DNA of 64,000 nt from a virus. Lineage: Duplodnaviria > Heunggongvirae > Uroviricota > Caudoviricetes. Below the pieces are notes generated by a model. That model was not told where the DNA came from and did no database searches. It worked only from the letters and a program-made list of their open reading frames with translations. A program made the translations under genes and the position numbers. Positions 1 through 10,740 of this stretch are shown here, piece after piece (position 1 is the stretch's first letter; each line of letters starts with the position of its first letter). The DNA is taken from positions 32,726 through 96,725 of the IMG/VR virus record IMGVR_UViG_2617271072_000004, one strand, 5' to 3'.

Positions 1-2
1 CC

Positions 3-122
3 ATTGCTGAACACTACTCAAAGATATCCAATCAGGAGTACCGCATCACCCAAGACGACCTGGATGATCTCACTGACACAATCGAATATCTCATGGCCAC
101 TAACCAGCCAGACTCACAATAA
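3..122 (+). CDS. coi: C-terminal fragment of a small protein immediately upstream of c1 (position of coi, C1 inactivator); 5' end cut by window edge
   Basis: Frame-3 reading ...IAEHYSKISNQEYRITQDDLDDLTDTIEYLMATNQPDSQ* ends 110 bp before c1 start; protein-like composition; position matches coi-c1 operon of P1 as recalled. Confidence 0.4.
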   Translation: MAEHYSKISNQEYRITQDDLDDLTDTIEYLMATNQPDSQ

Positions 123-138
123 ATGCACTAATAAATCT
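122..138 (+). promoter_or_regulatory. C1-operator-like site (14/17 match to ATTGCTCTAATAAATTT) between coi and c1
   Basis: aATGCaCTAATAAATcT read on plus strand. Confidence 0.35.
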
Positions 139-232
139 ATTATTTTCGTTGGATCCTTCTATAATGGTGGCCAACAACTCCCAGTGTAATCCGCTGTGAG
201 TTGTTGGCCATGTCAATTCTGGAGGAGGATCA

Positions 233-1084
233 ATGATAAATTATGTCTACGGCGAACAACTGTACCAGGAGTTCGTCAGCTTCAGGGATCTCTTTCTAAA
301 AAAAGCTGTTGCACGCGCCCAACACGTTGATGCCGCCAGCGACGGTCGTCCTGTTCGCCCGGTTGTCGTTCTGCCGTTCAAAGAAACGGACAGCATTCAG
401 GCTGAAATTGATAAATGGACTTTAATGGCGCGGGAACTGGAACAGTACCCAGACCTCAATATCCCAAAGACTATTTTATATCCAGTGCCTAACATCCTTC
501 GCGGTGTGCGTAAGGTTACGACTTATCAGACAGAAGCTGTGAACAGCGTCAACATGACCGCTGGCCGCATTATTCATCTGATTGATAAGGACATTCGCAT
601 CCAGAAAAGCGCGGGGATCAATGAGCACAGTGCGAAATACATAGAGAACCTGGAAGCAACAAAAGAGCTAATGAAGCAGTACCCGGAGGATGAAAAATTC
701 CGTATGCGTGTACACGGCTTTAGCGAAACAATGCTGCGCGTCCACTACATTTCCAGTAGCCCTAACTACAATGATGGTAAATCAGTTAGTTACCATGTGC
801 CGCTGTGTGGTGTGTTTATCTGCGATGAAACTCTCCGTGATGGAATCATCATCAACGGTGAATTCGAGAAAGCAAAATTTAGCCTTTATGACTCTATAGA
901 ACCGATCATCTGCGACCGCTGGCCGCAGGCAAAAATATATCGCCTGGCAGATATTGAAAATGTAAAAAAACAAATTGCCATCACTCGCGAAGAGAAAAAG
1001 GTCAAATCAGCCGCATCAGTTACGCGCAGCCGTAACACTAAGAAGGGGCAGCCAGTAAACGACAACCCCGAAAGCGCGCAATAG
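233..1084 (+). CDS. c1: C1 repressor of lysogeny (283 aa)
   Basis: 283-aa ORF with RBS GGAGGAGGA; size and N-terminus MINYVYGEQLYQEF match recalled P1 C1; its cognate 17-bp operator recurs across the window. Confidence 0.8.
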   Translation: MINYVYGEQLYQEFVSFRDLFLKKAVARAQHVDAASDGRPVRPVVVLPFKETDSIQAEIDKWTLMARELEQYPDLNIPKTILYPVPNILRGVRKVTTYQTEAVNSVNMTAGRIIHLIDKDIRIQKSAGINEHSAKYIENLEATKELMKQYPEDEKFRMRVHGFSETMLRVHYISSSPNYNDGKSVSYHVPLCGVFICDETLRDGIIINGEFEKAKFSLYDSIEPIICDRWPQAKIYRLADIENVKKQIAITREEKKVKSAASVTRSRNTKKGQPVNDNPESAQ

Positions 1085-1108
1085 TTTCTATCCGGCATGG
1101 TCAATGAG

Positions 1109-2593
1109 TTATTCATTAAGCCATGCCAGAGCTTCATCAACCTGCGCTTCGTCTTCGACGCTAAGCACTTCATCCTGGGGAACATAATCAGCCAGCATAG
1201 CGAAACAATATGTATCCCAATGGTCTGGTGAGTGCAGGTTGAGTTTTTTCTTCATATCCTCCTTACTCATCACCTTCCATTGACCTGCGGAGTTAATCCC
1301 TACAGGGATTTTCGACGCTTCCTCAATAGTTTCATTACCCTTATCCAGTCTCATACGACCAGATTTTACGGCCTCTGCGGCTTGAACGTTGGCATAAGCA
1401 CGTTTATCAAAGTACAGGCTCTTATCTTCACGGCTATGCATCTTTTTACCCCAGCGTATACGCTGTACGGTAATACCATAATACTCGTACATCAGATCCG
1501 CCGTTGCTTTACCCAGGCCATCGCCGTCTATCGCTATGGTGATATTGGGGAATCGCTCAGGATTACATTCTGCGAAAATTTTGGCGGCAAGCTGCGTTTC
1601 TGTAACGTCTGTGTATTCCAGCATTCGATAGTTGATTACACGGCGTTTATTTCGCTGGCCGGACACCATCATGATATTGATAACGGACTTATCCCGTCCC
1701 GTACCACCAGCAACGTCCACACATGCAAGCCAGCCCCATCCTTTTGCAATCTTGACTTTCCGCCGCGTTGCACGTTCAACCTCATCACGCCCAAGAAGGA
1801 AGCCATCCTGTGATTTAGGGAATAGGCCGCGTACCTTAATCATGTACATAGGGTTATCACGCCCGCCGTACTCCGCCAGCTTCATTTTGATAAATGCTGG
1901 CGTTACCAACGGTGATTCCTCACTGTTAAGCGTGATCGCCGTATAAACGCCATCAGGGTTACCAGGACGCTTGGCCAGTTTATGGTGTGTATCGTAGAAA
2001 TAGCCGCTTGGGCGTGTAGGCTGTGACAGCAATAAGATGCGGTTATCCTGTCCGGTAAGAGCACCGGTGATGATACCGAAAGCTCTATCACTGACACCGG
2101 AGGCTTCATCGATAATATACAGAAGATGATCTGCGTGTTCACCGGCGAGAGCTTCTTCACTTCCCAGACGAAAGCCCTTCGGTACTACAGTCCATACACC
2201 TTTACCAGTAATCTCATAGAAAGCGGTTTCTGTCAGAACAAAATAATCAGCAAGCCATGGGAAACGGCTGGTGGCAGTAGCCCAGTTTATCTTGATGTAC
2301 TTGAATATACCGGTCATTACCTGCTGAATTTTGTTCGCAACGATAATGGCACGGGCACCTGGATACATGATTATGAACAACATGATCATGATAGAAGTCA
2401 TGTCTGATTTCCCGGTACCGTGACCAGACGAAACAGATGTCTTGCTACCCTGTTCCTGCACAGACTCAATAATCAGATCCTGCTGCCAGGTAGGTGTTTT
2501 GCCGAACAAAACATCAGCGGCAGCAATCCAGTCATAACGATATAGCGCCACCAGCTCGCGCCAACGTGGATCCGTTACGCAACTTCTGGCCAT
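1109..2593 (-). CDS. pacB: terminase large subunit (PacB-like), 494 aa
   Basis: Walker A-like GHGTGKS near N-terminus, C-terminal nuclease-like region; follows small terminase with 1-nt overlap. Confidence 0.85.
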   Translation of the reverse strand: MARSCVTDPRWRELVALYRYDWIAAADVLFGKTPTWQQDLIIESVQEQGSKTSVSSGHGTGKSDMTSIMIMLFIIMYPGARAIIVANKIQQVMTGIFKYIKINWATATSRFPWLADYFVLTETAFYEITGKGVWTVVPKGFRLGSEEALAGEHADHLLYIIDEASGVSDRAFGIITGALTGQDNRILLLSQPTRPSGYFYDTHHKLAKRPGNPDGVYTAITLNSEESPLVTPAFIKMKLAEYGGRDNPMYMIKVRGLFPKSQDGFLLGRDEVERATRRKVKIAKGWGWLACVDVAGGTGRDKSVINIMMVSGQRNKRRVINYRMLEYTDVTETQLAAKIFAECNPERFPNITIAIDGDGLGKATADLMYEYYGITVQRIRWGKKMHSREDKSLYFDKRAYANVQAAEAVKSGRMRLDKGNETIEEASKIPVGINSAGQWKVMSKEDMKKKLNLHSPDHWDTYCFAMLADYVPQDEVLSVEDEAQVDEALAWLNE

Positions 2594-3786
2594 TAATCAT
2601 CATCCCCGTATAGCTTGCGGGTAACTTCTTCGTCTTCCTCCTCGTCTTCGTCCAGGTCTTGTTCCAGCCATGGGTCGTTTGATACACCTTCAGTATCAAC
2701 ATCTCCATAACCGCCTGTATCAACGATATCGGCGATTTCTTCCCTACGCTGCTCAATCCACAATGCGGCATCGGCGCGGCGGTTGGCGGCCCGTTCTCGC
2801 GCAACTTTGTCCAGATCTTCAAGAGAAGGGCCACCGACGGCTGTTTGCCTTTCCTCATCATCGGTATTGGTCTTAGGAGCACGCAGATCGGCTTTGATTT
2901 GCTCCAGCATCAGGGGCGGTACTTTCCCTCCATGCGCCTCGATGAATTCAGCTGCCTCCAGCACTGACCAGTTGTTTTCACGCTTTCGTTCGTATGCCAG
3001 CTTAACAATGCCAGCTTGCCCCATAGACAAAGCGTGCTTTTCCGCCTCCCGGCTTTCTTTTCGATAGTTATTCCGGATGCTGTAAATGGTGTTGATCAGG
3101 CTGCTTATCTGCGCGGAACAGCTGTTTAGCATGCTCGCGATACGGTATTCAGGCGGAGTTCCTTCATCATCGTCTTTTTGCTGATCGCGCATTTCCTGAA
3201 CCAAGCGAATACACGTATCCCTGGCGTTCTCCAGCATAAGGAGATGAGAGAGAGACTTTTCCAGAAGAGTGGTTTCCAGAACATCAGCCCCGGACCGACG
3301 CAACATAGCGCGCGCGGCCTTCCGCGCTTCAACGTTATCTATCAGGTAATCGCCAGCTTCGAATTCAAAGCGTTCACCATCATCATCCAGGGTGTCGCGT
3401 TCCAGGCGATCACGTAAGGTCCGGTGGGCGCGGGTGATCACGTCATGATCATCAGAACGATCATTTATGCGCTTATTCTGGCGCTTCGCGTTCTCGACTG
3501 CGGCACTGACAACAGCATTAACTCTTTGTTTTTCAGCCATTTCAGCCACAATGTGATCACCTGCACGTTGATCATTAGCGTGATCAATGATCATGCTTTT
3601 TAGTGGTTTTCTGACAGGCTTATTTGGCTTACGGCTGTCCGCTGTTCCGGTGTCTTCTTTGAATGCACGGAGATAACGACGTGCGGTGTTTGGGTTGAGA
3701 TTAAACTCGGCGGCATATTGTGCGATGGTGTAACCACCATCTCGCGCCAGGCGAGCAAAATTCTTCTTGTGATCGTCCCAGGTCAC
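2593..3786 (-). CDS. pacA: terminase small subunit / pac-site recognition protein (PacA-like), 397 aa, GTG start
   Basis: N-terminal HTH-like region ([29 protein letters not shown]), highly acidic C-terminus, directly upstream of and overlapping large terminase. Confidence 0.75.
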   Translation of the reverse strand: MTWDDHKKNFARLARDGGYTIAQYAAEFNLNPNTARRYLRAFKEDTGTADSRKPNKPVRKPLKSMIIDHANDQRAGDHIVAEMAEKQRVNAVVSAAVENAKRQNKRINDRSDDHDVITRAHRTLRDRLERDTLDDDGERFEFEAGDYLIDNVEARKAARAMLRRSGADVLETTLLEKSLSHLLMLENARDTCIRLVQEMRDQQKDDDEGTPPEYRIASMLNSCSAQISSLINTIYSIRNNYRKESREAEKHALSMGQAGIVKLAYERKRENNWSVLEAAEFIEAHGGKVPPLMLEQIKADLRAPKTNTDDEERQTAVGGPSLEDLDKVARERAANRRADAALWIEQRREEIADIVDTGGYGDVDTEGVSNDPWLEQDLDEDEEEDEEVTRKLYGDDD

Positions 3787-3872
3787 TTATGCTTCCTTTC
3801 GTATAAAACTCTTTTTGACGCGAGGGTAACGAAAGTCACATGTCAAAAGGCCCGGAACGGGCAAGCAATCAA

Positions 3873-4325
3873 TCAGATACGTGCGGATGTGGCATTACCG
3901 TAATGACGGTGCTGACGGACCACCTTATTGAAAAGTTGACGCGCCATCACCCAAGGCTGGTGCTCCCGGCGTTCCTTTTCGTCCTGCGTCATATAGAGTT
4001 CGTTCTGGAGTTTTTCATCAAACCGGCGCGGAGCGCGGCTGCGGCGAAAGAATTCAGGATTCAGAGAGTGGATCTGAAATCTACGTGGGCGTGTACTGTC
4101 ATCAATCAAAACAGACGAATACTTAGACACAGCGATAGCCTTTAAGCGCAGATAAACATCGCGCTTATCGACATCCAGATGCGGGTATTCCTTTTCAAGA
4201 ATTGCTGCGAGTTCTTTCGCTGATAGAAGAGATTTAGTGCGGATCATGTAATCCGCAATCTCGTACGATGTTATTCGTGAGTGATTTATTTCCATGAAGT
4301 GGCGTCCCTGCCAGTTAAGTAACAT
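3873..4325 (-). CDS. lpa: 150-aa protein at the position of the late promoter activator Lpa
   Basis: 150-aa ORF directly upstream of pacA; preceded by C1-operator-like site with TTGCTC-N17-TTTAAT promoter geometry. Confidence 0.5.
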   Translation of the reverse strand: MLLNWQGRHFMEINHSRITSYEIADYMIRTKSLLSAKELAAILEKEYPHLDVDKRDVYLRLKAIAVSKYSSVLIDDSTRPRRFQIHSLNPEFFRRSRAPRRFDEKLQNELYMTQDEKERREHQPWVMARQLFNKVVRQHRHYGNATSARI

Positions 4326-4396
4326 CCTGTCACCTACTGATTAGCCCATGTCAACTAATCAACGTGGAATATAATACCCTCGATTAAAGAAATAGC

Positions 4397-4413
4397 AATA
4401 CATTAGAGCAATT
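4397..4413 (-). promoter_or_regulatory. C1-operator-like site (14/17) upstream of lpa-like gene
   Basis: minus-strand reading AtTGCTCTAATgtATTg; -35-like TTGCTC, 17-bp spacer, -10-like TTTAAT. Confidence 0.5.
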
Positions 4414-5457
4414 TTATCTAACGCTCGACGAGTGACTTGTGATAGCGCCGACTCCAAGCGCGTAATCAAAGAACAATCGTTGATGCATCGCCAGCCTACC
4501 GTGCGTCTTCTCCCAATTATCGCGGTCACGCTCAATATCACGCTGGCATGACTGGCACAGAGGAATAGCATAAATGTCATGCGCGCATAATCGACTATGA
4601 CGAACGATATAAGGCGTAATGTGAGCGCCAGCTCCCGCAGCTCCACAGCCACAGCATGGACGGGAAGCCACAAAGTCCATGTACTCGGGCAATTTTAGCG
4701 ATTGAAGTTTTGGTATTTTGAAATGCGCCATACCTGGGTCGGAGTCAACATCCACAGGGCATACTTTTGCACGCATCGGCGCGGCGCGTTCTTCCATCAT
4801 CTGAACATATGCTGTAGCGCGATCGTCATACGGGCGAATATCCGCCTCTTTCAGAGGTCCGCTATCCTGCGGAGTAGCCTTCATCTTATTTATTGATATG
4901 CGGCAGACTTCTTCCGGCATCAGGTGCATCATGTTGCGCATGAAAGCCCACCAGCACAGCTCCTGAATACTTAAATCATGGCTATTTGAAAGGCCCATTT
5001 CCTGACGGGCGACATCCAGTATCCAGTTAACGCGATTATTGTGCAGCGTTTCTTTCAGCTCATTAAAACCACGCATCCGGTAATGGTTATCGTGATGCCA
5101 GCACAACAACACCGCGCTATTGTCTCGTTCAGCGTGGACAATATGGTTGTCACACCAACTACGATCTGCGGCCTGGCATTGACCCTCTTTCCTACGCAAC
5201 CACGCCACCAGCGCGTCAATTCCACCAATACGGCGAAACAGTTCATCGCTGTTAAAAAACGGCTGCAACGCCTCATTTGTTGCCATGGTTTGCTCGGTAA
5301 CAACGAGGCCGTCTTCCATGTGCTCGATTAACTCACGCGGCACCGGCTCCATGATAAATTTACGGCCAGCCTCCACCAGTTTTCTGACCTCCTGATCCAC
5401 TTTGAACGTGGCGAGGCCAAGCTCTTTCTGTACAAAGGGAGTAATTACGGCTTTCAC
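4414..5457 (-). CDS. Cys-rich DUF968-like phage protein (347 aa)
   Basis: C-terminal cluster [18 protein letters not shown]...LCAHD...CQSCQ typical of prophage DUF968 proteins (from memory). Confidence 0.55.
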   Translation of the reverse strand: MKAVITPFVQKELGLATFKVDQEVRKLVEAGRKFIMEPVPRELIEHMEDGLVVTEQTMATNEALQPFFNSDELFRRIGGIDALVAWLRRKEGQCQAADRSWCDNHIVHAERDNSAVLLCWHHDNHYRMRGFNELKETLHNNRVNWILDVARQEMGLSNSHDLSIQELCWWAFMRNMMHLMPEEVCRISINKMKATPQDSGPLKEADIRPYDDRATAYVQMMEERAAPMRAKVCPVDVDSDPGMAHFKIPKLQSLKLPEYMDFVASRPCCGCGAAGAGAHITPYIVRHSRLCAHDIYAIPLCQSCQRDIERDRDNWEKTHGRLAMHQRLFFDYALGVGAITSHSSSVR

Positions 5458-5484
5458 ATCACACCTTTAATCACTGATTGGGCT

Positions 5485-5685
5485 TTATCTGCTGCCCGGC
5501 ATTCTCTGTTTAAGCACAACCATTTCCTGACGGCATAACACAGCAATAGCGGTCCTGACTCCAATTTGCTTACCAACCAGGTATTGCTTTACCTTGCGGC
5601 GACTCACGCCATCAAGAAGCATCTTTAACGCTTCAAGGGACAATTTGTTGTATTTGCGTGCCATTAATCTACTCCGCAGAACCAT
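5485..5685 (-). CDS. small basic protein (66 aa), function unknown
   Basis: ORF between doc and DUF968-like gene; overlaps doc 3' end by 17 nt. Confidence 0.4.
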
Positions 5686-6049
5686 ACAATCTACGTAACG
5701 TGTCGGCGACAGAAGATACAGATATCTCGCCAGTCGCAGCGCCTACAGTAAGGTCTGCCAGTTCAGGTGAATCAAATACCTGCACCCCGTTACGGCGTAG
5801 AAATAGCAGCGCGCTGTTTAGCGCGGTACGCTTATTGGCATCATTGAATATATGCCCTCTCGCTGTAGCCACCAGGTAGGTGGCGGAGACTTCGAAAAGG
5901 TCGGTGATCTCTTCGTAGGCAACTCTGGCCTGAACTCTCCCGATAATGGCCTCTGCCCTGCCCGGATCTGACATGCCAGGCAGGCCGCCGTAGCGGCTTA
6001 TATTCGCATCATGAAGCGCAATAAGTTCTTCCGGTGATATATGCCTCAT
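5669..6049 (-). CDS. doc: Doc toxin (death on curing), Fic/Doc family, 126 aa
   Basis: Sequence [25 protein letters not shown]...[11 protein letters not shown] matches recalled P1 Doc; 1-nt overlap with phd. Confidence 0.9.
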
Positions 6050-6270
6050 TATCGGTTAACCAGTTCCTTGTTGGTGGAGTCCAGGGTGTCAAACAGGGAT
6101 GCAAATTCAGCATCCAGCGCCGCTTTTTTGTAGGCTTCGAAAGTAGCCTTGCTGACAATTACTGCTGGCTCACGGCCTCTGCGGGTGATTTCAACCTCTT
6201 CCCCGGCTTCAACATTGTTGAGCACTTCAGAAAGGTTGCCGCGCGCGGTACGGAAGTTAATGGATTGCAT
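6049..6270 (-). CDS. phd: Phd antitoxin (prevent host death), 73 aa; ORF track extends 2 codons upstream
   Basis: [49 protein letters not shown]... matches recalled P1 Phd. Confidence 0.9.
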
Positions 6271-6342
6271 AAACACCTCGTGTACTCGTTATGTGTACAC
6301 AATTATAAACCTCACAGGCATAAAGCACCAGCCCTTTGCAGC

Positions 6343-6732
6343 TTAAATAACCGGACAATCATCAAACTCCCCACTTCGGGCATCATTGATGACATGAGTG
6401 ATCACACCAAAAACAGCATTACTGCCCGTGCATCCATCGTCATCTACTGGTAACGCCTCTTTCTTCCCGGTGCTTAAATCCTCCAGGTGCTGGCGCGGAT
6501 ACTTCCTGTATCTCTTTATGCGATATTCACCCTCCATAGCGCACACAAGCAGCGAACCATCAACTGGAGTAAGCGAAGAATCAACCACCAGCAAAGCACC
6601 CTGCAATATTCCCTCACGGTGATGGCTATCAGCTGCCCGCATGAAGTAGGTTGCTGATGGATGTCTAATTATCTGCTGATCAAGAGAAATTCGGCTTTCA
6701 ACATAATCCGCCGCAGGAGAAGGGAAGCCCAT
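6343..6732 (-). CDS. humD: UmuD'-like S24 peptidase-fold protein (HumD-like), 129 aa
   Basis: GFPSPAADYVE motif and LexA/UmuD C-terminal fold signature; LexA box 20 bp upstream. Confidence 0.85.
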   Translation of the reverse strand: MGFPSPAADYVESRISLDQQIIRHPSATYFMRAADSHHREGILQGALLVVDSSLTPVDGSLLVCAMEGEYRIKRYRKYPRQHLEDLSTGKKEALPVDDDGCTGSNAVFGVITHVINDARSGEFDDCPVI

Positions 6733-6750
6733 AGCGTTTTACCTCAATGA

Positions 6751-6770
6751 TACTGTTTATTCATACAGTA
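6751..6770 (-). promoter_or_regulatory. LexA (SOS) box TACTGTTTATTCATACAGTA upstream of humD
   Basis: Perfect CTGT-N8-ACAG palindrome about 20 bp upstream of humD start. Confidence 0.6.
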
Positions 6771-6855
6771 TACATTGAAAAGGCATAGTTTGTGAAAGCG
6801 GGGTTTGTAGGCGCGCCACGCTGGGGGCTAATCACATTTCTCCCCCATCTTGCCG

Positions 6856-7107
6856 TTATTTTTTTGGTGCATCCTCGTTCTGATACACCGGATCGCTCCC
6901 TTTTGGCAACTGGAGGCTTAACTGCCGGTAGTGCCGTAGCCGTTCCATGAAATAGGCGCGCAGGTTTTCCGGTTGCTCACGGGCCACCTGCTCTGCAATC
7001 ACAGGTATATTCAGCCGTTCTTTGTAAGCAACGCCGCTGGCGGCAAGGTCTACGTTCACCTTGTCTCGCTCTTCCTGGCTTTTAGCTGCTATATTTCGAT
7101 CTGACAC
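6856..7107 (-). CDS. hot: homologue of DNA polymerase III theta subunit HolE (Hot-like), 83 aa
   Basis: [43 protein letters not shown] aligns with recalled E. coli HolE. Confidence 0.8.
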   Translation of the reverse strand: MSDRNIAAKSQEERDKVNVDLAASGVAYKERLNIPVIAEQVAREQPENLRAYFMERLRHYRQLSLQLPKGSDPVYQNEDAPKK

Positions 7108-7139
7108 AAGAAACCTCCAGGAGTTAGTGGATCAGGCAC

Positions 7140-7490
7140 ATGCACAATAACGTTCTCAATGTTAGCCGTTCAATTCAGACAATCAGAGACTGCACCAGTG
7201 TGGTGGCATCAATCCCATTGCGAAACAGCATAGACGAACTGCAAATTCGTGTATTGAATCCGAATCAGGCTAATAAGCAATTGCGCTTTATTTTGACGCT
7301 GAAAAGTGAAACAGAGGGGATAAAGCACAGCGTAAAAGTGTTTTCTGAGGCCATTCTGCTTAATGGGAAGCTCCGGCATCTGGTAAGGCCAGAACGTCAA
7401 TATCCTGACGTCCTGGCGCGTGAAAAAGACCTTCTTTCTGAAGTTCAGGATAGGGTGATCGATTTCGTCAAATGCTATCCCCTGCATTGA
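7140..7490 (+). CDS. hypothetical protein (116 aa), lone plus-strand ORF in a minus-strand block
   Basis: Protein-like composition; competes with antisense ORF 7209..7487. Confidence 0.3.
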   Translation: MHNNVLNVSRSIQTIRDCTSVVASIPLRNSIDELQIRVLNPNQANKQLRFILTLKSETEGIKHSVKVFSEAILLNGKLRHLVRPERQYPDVLAREKDLLSEVQDRVIDFVKCYPLH

Positions 7491-7690
7491 GGGCAGGTGT
7501 TCCCTTCCGCAAAGTAGGGAAAATTGCTATCAAGTTCATCACACCATCTGCGATGGTCGTAGCACCAAAAAGCCTCCCACGGTAAACCAAAAGACTTCAT
7601 CCACTGGGACACTCGATCTAGTATATCTGCTGGTGGCAGTTCTTCTGGCAATAATTTGCCTGATAATTCCCTTTCCGCCCGCGACAGCAT
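7475..7690 (-). CDS. hypothetical small protein (71 aa), C-terminal CPQC
   Basis: ORF only. Confidence 0.4.
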   Translation of the reverse strand: MLSRAERELSGKLLPEELPPADILDRVSQWMKSFGLPWEAFWCYDHRRWCDELDSNFPYFAEGNTCPQCRG

Positions 7691-7741
7691 TTTTTTGAGG
7701 CTCGCGTTCTCTTTTTCAGCTCATCTACGCGCACCTGTAAT

Positions 7742-8392
7742 TCAGCTTTCGTTGGCATGGTCCACCTCATGCTTTTCAGCCACCAGCGGCAATAAAGCCC
7801 TGGCCATCTTATGAACCAATAGTGCATCAATAATGCCAAGCGTATGCCCCGGCTTAATGTTTAATGCCGCCTCAAGGTGACACCTTTCCAGGTCACTTTT
7901 CTCGGCTTGTTTATGATGATCTGGTGTAATAACGTCGCCCAAAACACGGCTAATTCTTTCTCGTAATTGCTGGGTGCCAGCACACTTGATCGCTGTATCG
8001 TGGAGACGGTTAACCAGTTCGCGATAAACATGCGGCTTAATGCGGATACGTTCACCGGTGACGCCCTTTCCTGGCGCTGGCACCGAACTATCCGGAATAT
8101 CCGGATAGTTGCCAGCCTCGTAAGCTACCCGCAGCCAGTGCATGAATGTTTCAGTGGACACACAACCACAGTCCACATCGATTTTTCCGCGTTGCTGTTC
8201 CAGCCAATGCTCAAAATTCAATCTACACGTATTACTTTCATGTTGCTCTTTTTGTCTCAAGGCCAGCATCTGCTGGGCTATTTCCAATACTTCATCTGCC
8301 GTATATCCAGCACCGTGACCATACATTTCGATACGGGAAATAATCTCTGATATGCGCTCTTCAGTGATTCTGGTCATTTCTTTTTGCGCCAT
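7742..8392 (-). CDS. hypothetical protein (216 aa)
   Basis: ORF with protein-like composition; no recognised motif. Confidence 0.55.
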   Translation of the reverse strand: MAQKEMTRITEERISEIISRIEMYGHGAGYTADEVLEIAQQMLALRQKEQHESNTCRLNFEHWLEQQRGKIDVDCGCVSTETFMHWLRVAYEAGNYPDIPDSSVPAPGKGVTGERIRIKPHVYRELVNRLHDTAIKCAGTQQLRERISRVLGDVITPDHHKQAEKSDLERCHLEAALNIKPGHTLGIIDALLVHKMARALLPLVAEKHEVDHANES

Positions 8393-8748
8393 TTCTTTTC
8401 ACATTCCTTAGTCCATTCTTCAATGTTCATTTTGGCAATATCAGTCATTCCATCACCTAAGAAATACTTTTTCCGGTATGTCTTGCACTTAAACCACACT
8501 ACAACAGCCACCAGCCAGAAAATAAAAGGCCATACAGCAATACCAACGACAGCCGCGATAAAGCCCAATAGCCATAAATGAAGCTCTCCAACTTCTGTTT
8601 CCGGCAATATTCTTAAAGAATTAAACAGCAGGATGAACGAATGGTCGTATGCATTGGCAGTATAAGACATGCAATCCATATAATTAAAGTCATAGCCTGC
8701 GGCTGCCGCCCATAATGGGCGGTCAAGAAAATGTTTTAGTGTCATCAT
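8374..8748 (-). CDS. putative membrane protein (124 aa, two hydrophobic helices, Lys-rich tail)
   Basis: Hydrophobic segments LWLLGFIAAVVGIAVWPFIFWLVAVVVWF. Confidence 0.5.
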   Translation of the reverse strand: MMTLKHFLDRPLWAAAAGYDFNYMDCMSYTANAYDHSFILLFNSLRILPETEVGELHLWLLGFIAAVVGIAVWPFIFWLVAVVVWFKCKTYRKKYFLGDGMTDIAKMNIEEWTKECEKKWRKKK

Positions 8749-8754
8749 ATAAAT

Positions 8755-9144
8755 TTAAGGTTCAGACCAGTTATCTTCAATAGCAATGCTTAATCTTTGT
8801 AGCCATTCTGCTAATTTCAGCATTGCTTCTCTTTCGCTTAAACCACGAGGAAAATCATCAAGCGAAATTGTTGGCTTGAATCCCCCGCAATTATCCATTT
8901 CAACTGTCAGATTTTGTTCCAGCACGGTATTTCTTACGCGGCTATTGTGCCGGAGCAAATATACTGAGCGTGATTTATTGGTTTTGTGGTCTAGCTTATA
9001 TTCGGTAAGTATCATCTGGCTTTTGCCATGATTATTACCTCTCCACATACTTACCTCACTTAATAAAACAACTCCATGCGTAGTTGATGATTTTTTCCCA
9101 CGTAATATAAATCTGCACTCCGGCAGTAAAACCAAAGCCAACAA
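8755..9144 (-). CDS. hypothetical protein (129 aa)
   Basis: ORF only. Confidence 0.45.
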   Translation of the reverse strand: MLALVLLPECRFILRGKKSSTTHGVVLLSEVSMWRGNNHGKSQMILTEYKLDHKTNKSRSVYLLRHNSRVRNTVLEQNLTVEMDNCGGFKPTISLDDFPRGLSEREAMLKLAEWLQRLSIAIEDNWSEP

Positions 9145-9227
9145 TTGCTGAAAAAATCAAAAACATTTACTTTTGACATTATAAATTTTCTCTCGGTGTC
9201 GTAGGTGATAGCACCATAATTGATAAT

Positions 9228-9464
9228 TTAGTGAGTTAGCAGTTCCAGTTCATTTTTGATGATTTCCGCATGAGCATCATCGTTATCAACACTTAGCTCG
9301 TTTAATGCTTCTCGCACTACATCAACTTCTTCAGGCTGAAAGAAGTCGTCGCGGTAATCACCAAATAGAACCGAAACCAGCCTGCCACCAGCAACATCAA
9401 GATTGGCGCTAACAGGTGGCTCTTTGCCATCCTCAAATTCGACTACAAAAGTTAATTTTCCCAT
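9228..9464 (-). CDS. hypothetical acidic protein (78 aa)
   Basis: ORF only. Confidence 0.45.
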   Translation of the reverse strand: MGKLTFVVEFEDGKEPPVSANLDVAGGRLVSVLFGDYRDDFFQPEEVDVVREALNELSVDNDDAHAEIIKNELELLTH

Positions 9465-9540
9465 CGTTACCCCCAGAAGATAAAAATAGCGGCAATCGCC
9501 ATAGCTACGCCTACAATCGCAAATGCTTCAGGCCAGCTTA

Positions 9541-10740
9541 TTACCTCACCTCCAGTCTCCATACCGCCTGACCAATCCGGCTGGCATGGGTATCTTTGGA
9601 TACTGTTCCATCTTTAGCCAGCTCCATAAGAATTTTGCGCAAATCTGCCGACCGCCATTCTTCATCAGGAAATTCCTTCTCCATTGCCAACCGCAGATTC
9701 CAGGTTGCCATCCTGAATGGATATTCCCCGCCGAGAGCTTTATCTTGCAGGGCAGCCCGGGAACGCATCACCTGCAAAACCTTCTCTTTTACATCCATCA
9801 TTTCGCCTCCTGCGGCGGTTCTGGTAGCGGCATCCAGAACAAGGCGTTCCCTACCCTGAAGCATGGCAGCGTGGCAGGCATCCTCTACGCCTTTAACTGC
9901 ATCTGCGCAGTAGTTATAGCGATTGCATTCCACTAACTTCTGCTTGAGATTTTCAATTGCTTGCGCGACATCATCCTGTATTTCCGGAACTGGCGGAACG
10001 GCTGTCTGCTGCTCTCGAACGTCATTAGTCGCTATCGGTTCTGCTGCCAACTGACTGGCATATTTGTTAATGGTAACGATAAGCTCTTGCTCAGCCTCAT
10101 CCAGACAATCACCGATACCTCGCCTGTCACCGTCAAAATCATCGAAATCGGCACGAATCCTGGCAACCTTCAGGATTGCGGACAACACCTCACTAGGAAT
10201 TGCCGGATAGTTGGTTGACGTTTCCGCGATTTCCCGAAAATTATTGGTTGACGAATTCTTGTTTTCCCGAAAGTTTCCGGACTGAAGCATGGCGGCGCGG
10301 CAGGCGTTAAGCGCGTTTTGCACGCGTTTAGCGTTCTGTACTTCGTATTTAGGTGCGGCTGCCAATGCCCATAGCCAACCAATTTCATAGCTATCAGCTT
10401 TTGATAGAGCACATTCCATTTCCAGTGTTATTTTCTTAGGTACGAGTTGCCAATCATCTGGCACTACCGGTGCTGGCAGCTCGCGATACAGCGAGATTAC
10501 ACGACGCGGGTCCGCATATTTATCTGGCGGACACTGAAATATCTCACCGAAACCATACTTCCTGACATCGCGCAGTTCCTCTTCATCAGTCCATGCCACC
10601 GGTTCTGCTTCCAGCGATGCCAGAGCAATCCGTGCCAGCTCTTCCGCTTCTTCTGCTGGCAGTACAACGTTGCTACCAGGTCCGTATGTTTCGCGCCACT
10701 GCTTGATTGTCAGCAGTCGCTCTTTGGTAATAGTGATCAT
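9541..10740 (-). CDS. hypothetical protein (399 aa) with internal repeated motif (NACRAAMLQSG / DACHAAMLQGR); start overlaps upstream nuclease-like gene (ATGA)
   Basis: Long ORF, translational coupling with 10737..11252. Confidence 0.6.
   Translation of the reverse strand: MITITKERLLTIKQWRETYGPGSNVVLPAEEAEELARIALASLEAEPVAWTDEEELRDVRKYGFGEIFQCPPDKYADPRRVISLYRELPAPVVPDDWQLVPKKITLEMECALSKADSYEIGWLWALAAAPKYEVQNAKRVQNALNACRAAMLQSGNFRENKNSSTNNFREIAETSTNYPAIPSEVLSAILKVARIRADFDDFDGDRRGIGDCLDEAEQELIVTINKYASQLAAEPIATNDVREQQTAVPPVPEIQDDVAQAIENLKQKLVECNRYNYCADAVKGVEDACHAAMLQGRERLVLDAATRTAAGGEMMDVKEKVLQVMRSRAALQDKALGGEYPFRMATWNLRLAMEKEFPDEEWRSADLRKILMELAKDGTVSKDTHASRIGQAVWRLEVR

Noticed and set aside
1232-2407. 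Plus-strand ORFs 1232..1813, 1632..1946, 2126..2407 and minus ORF 1903..2160
   Set aside because: Shadow ORFs within the terminase large subunit gene
7209-7487. 92-aa minus-strand ORF
   Set aside because: Aromatic-rich, low-complexity composition; overlaps the more protein-like plus-strand ORF 7140..7490. Either call is low confidence
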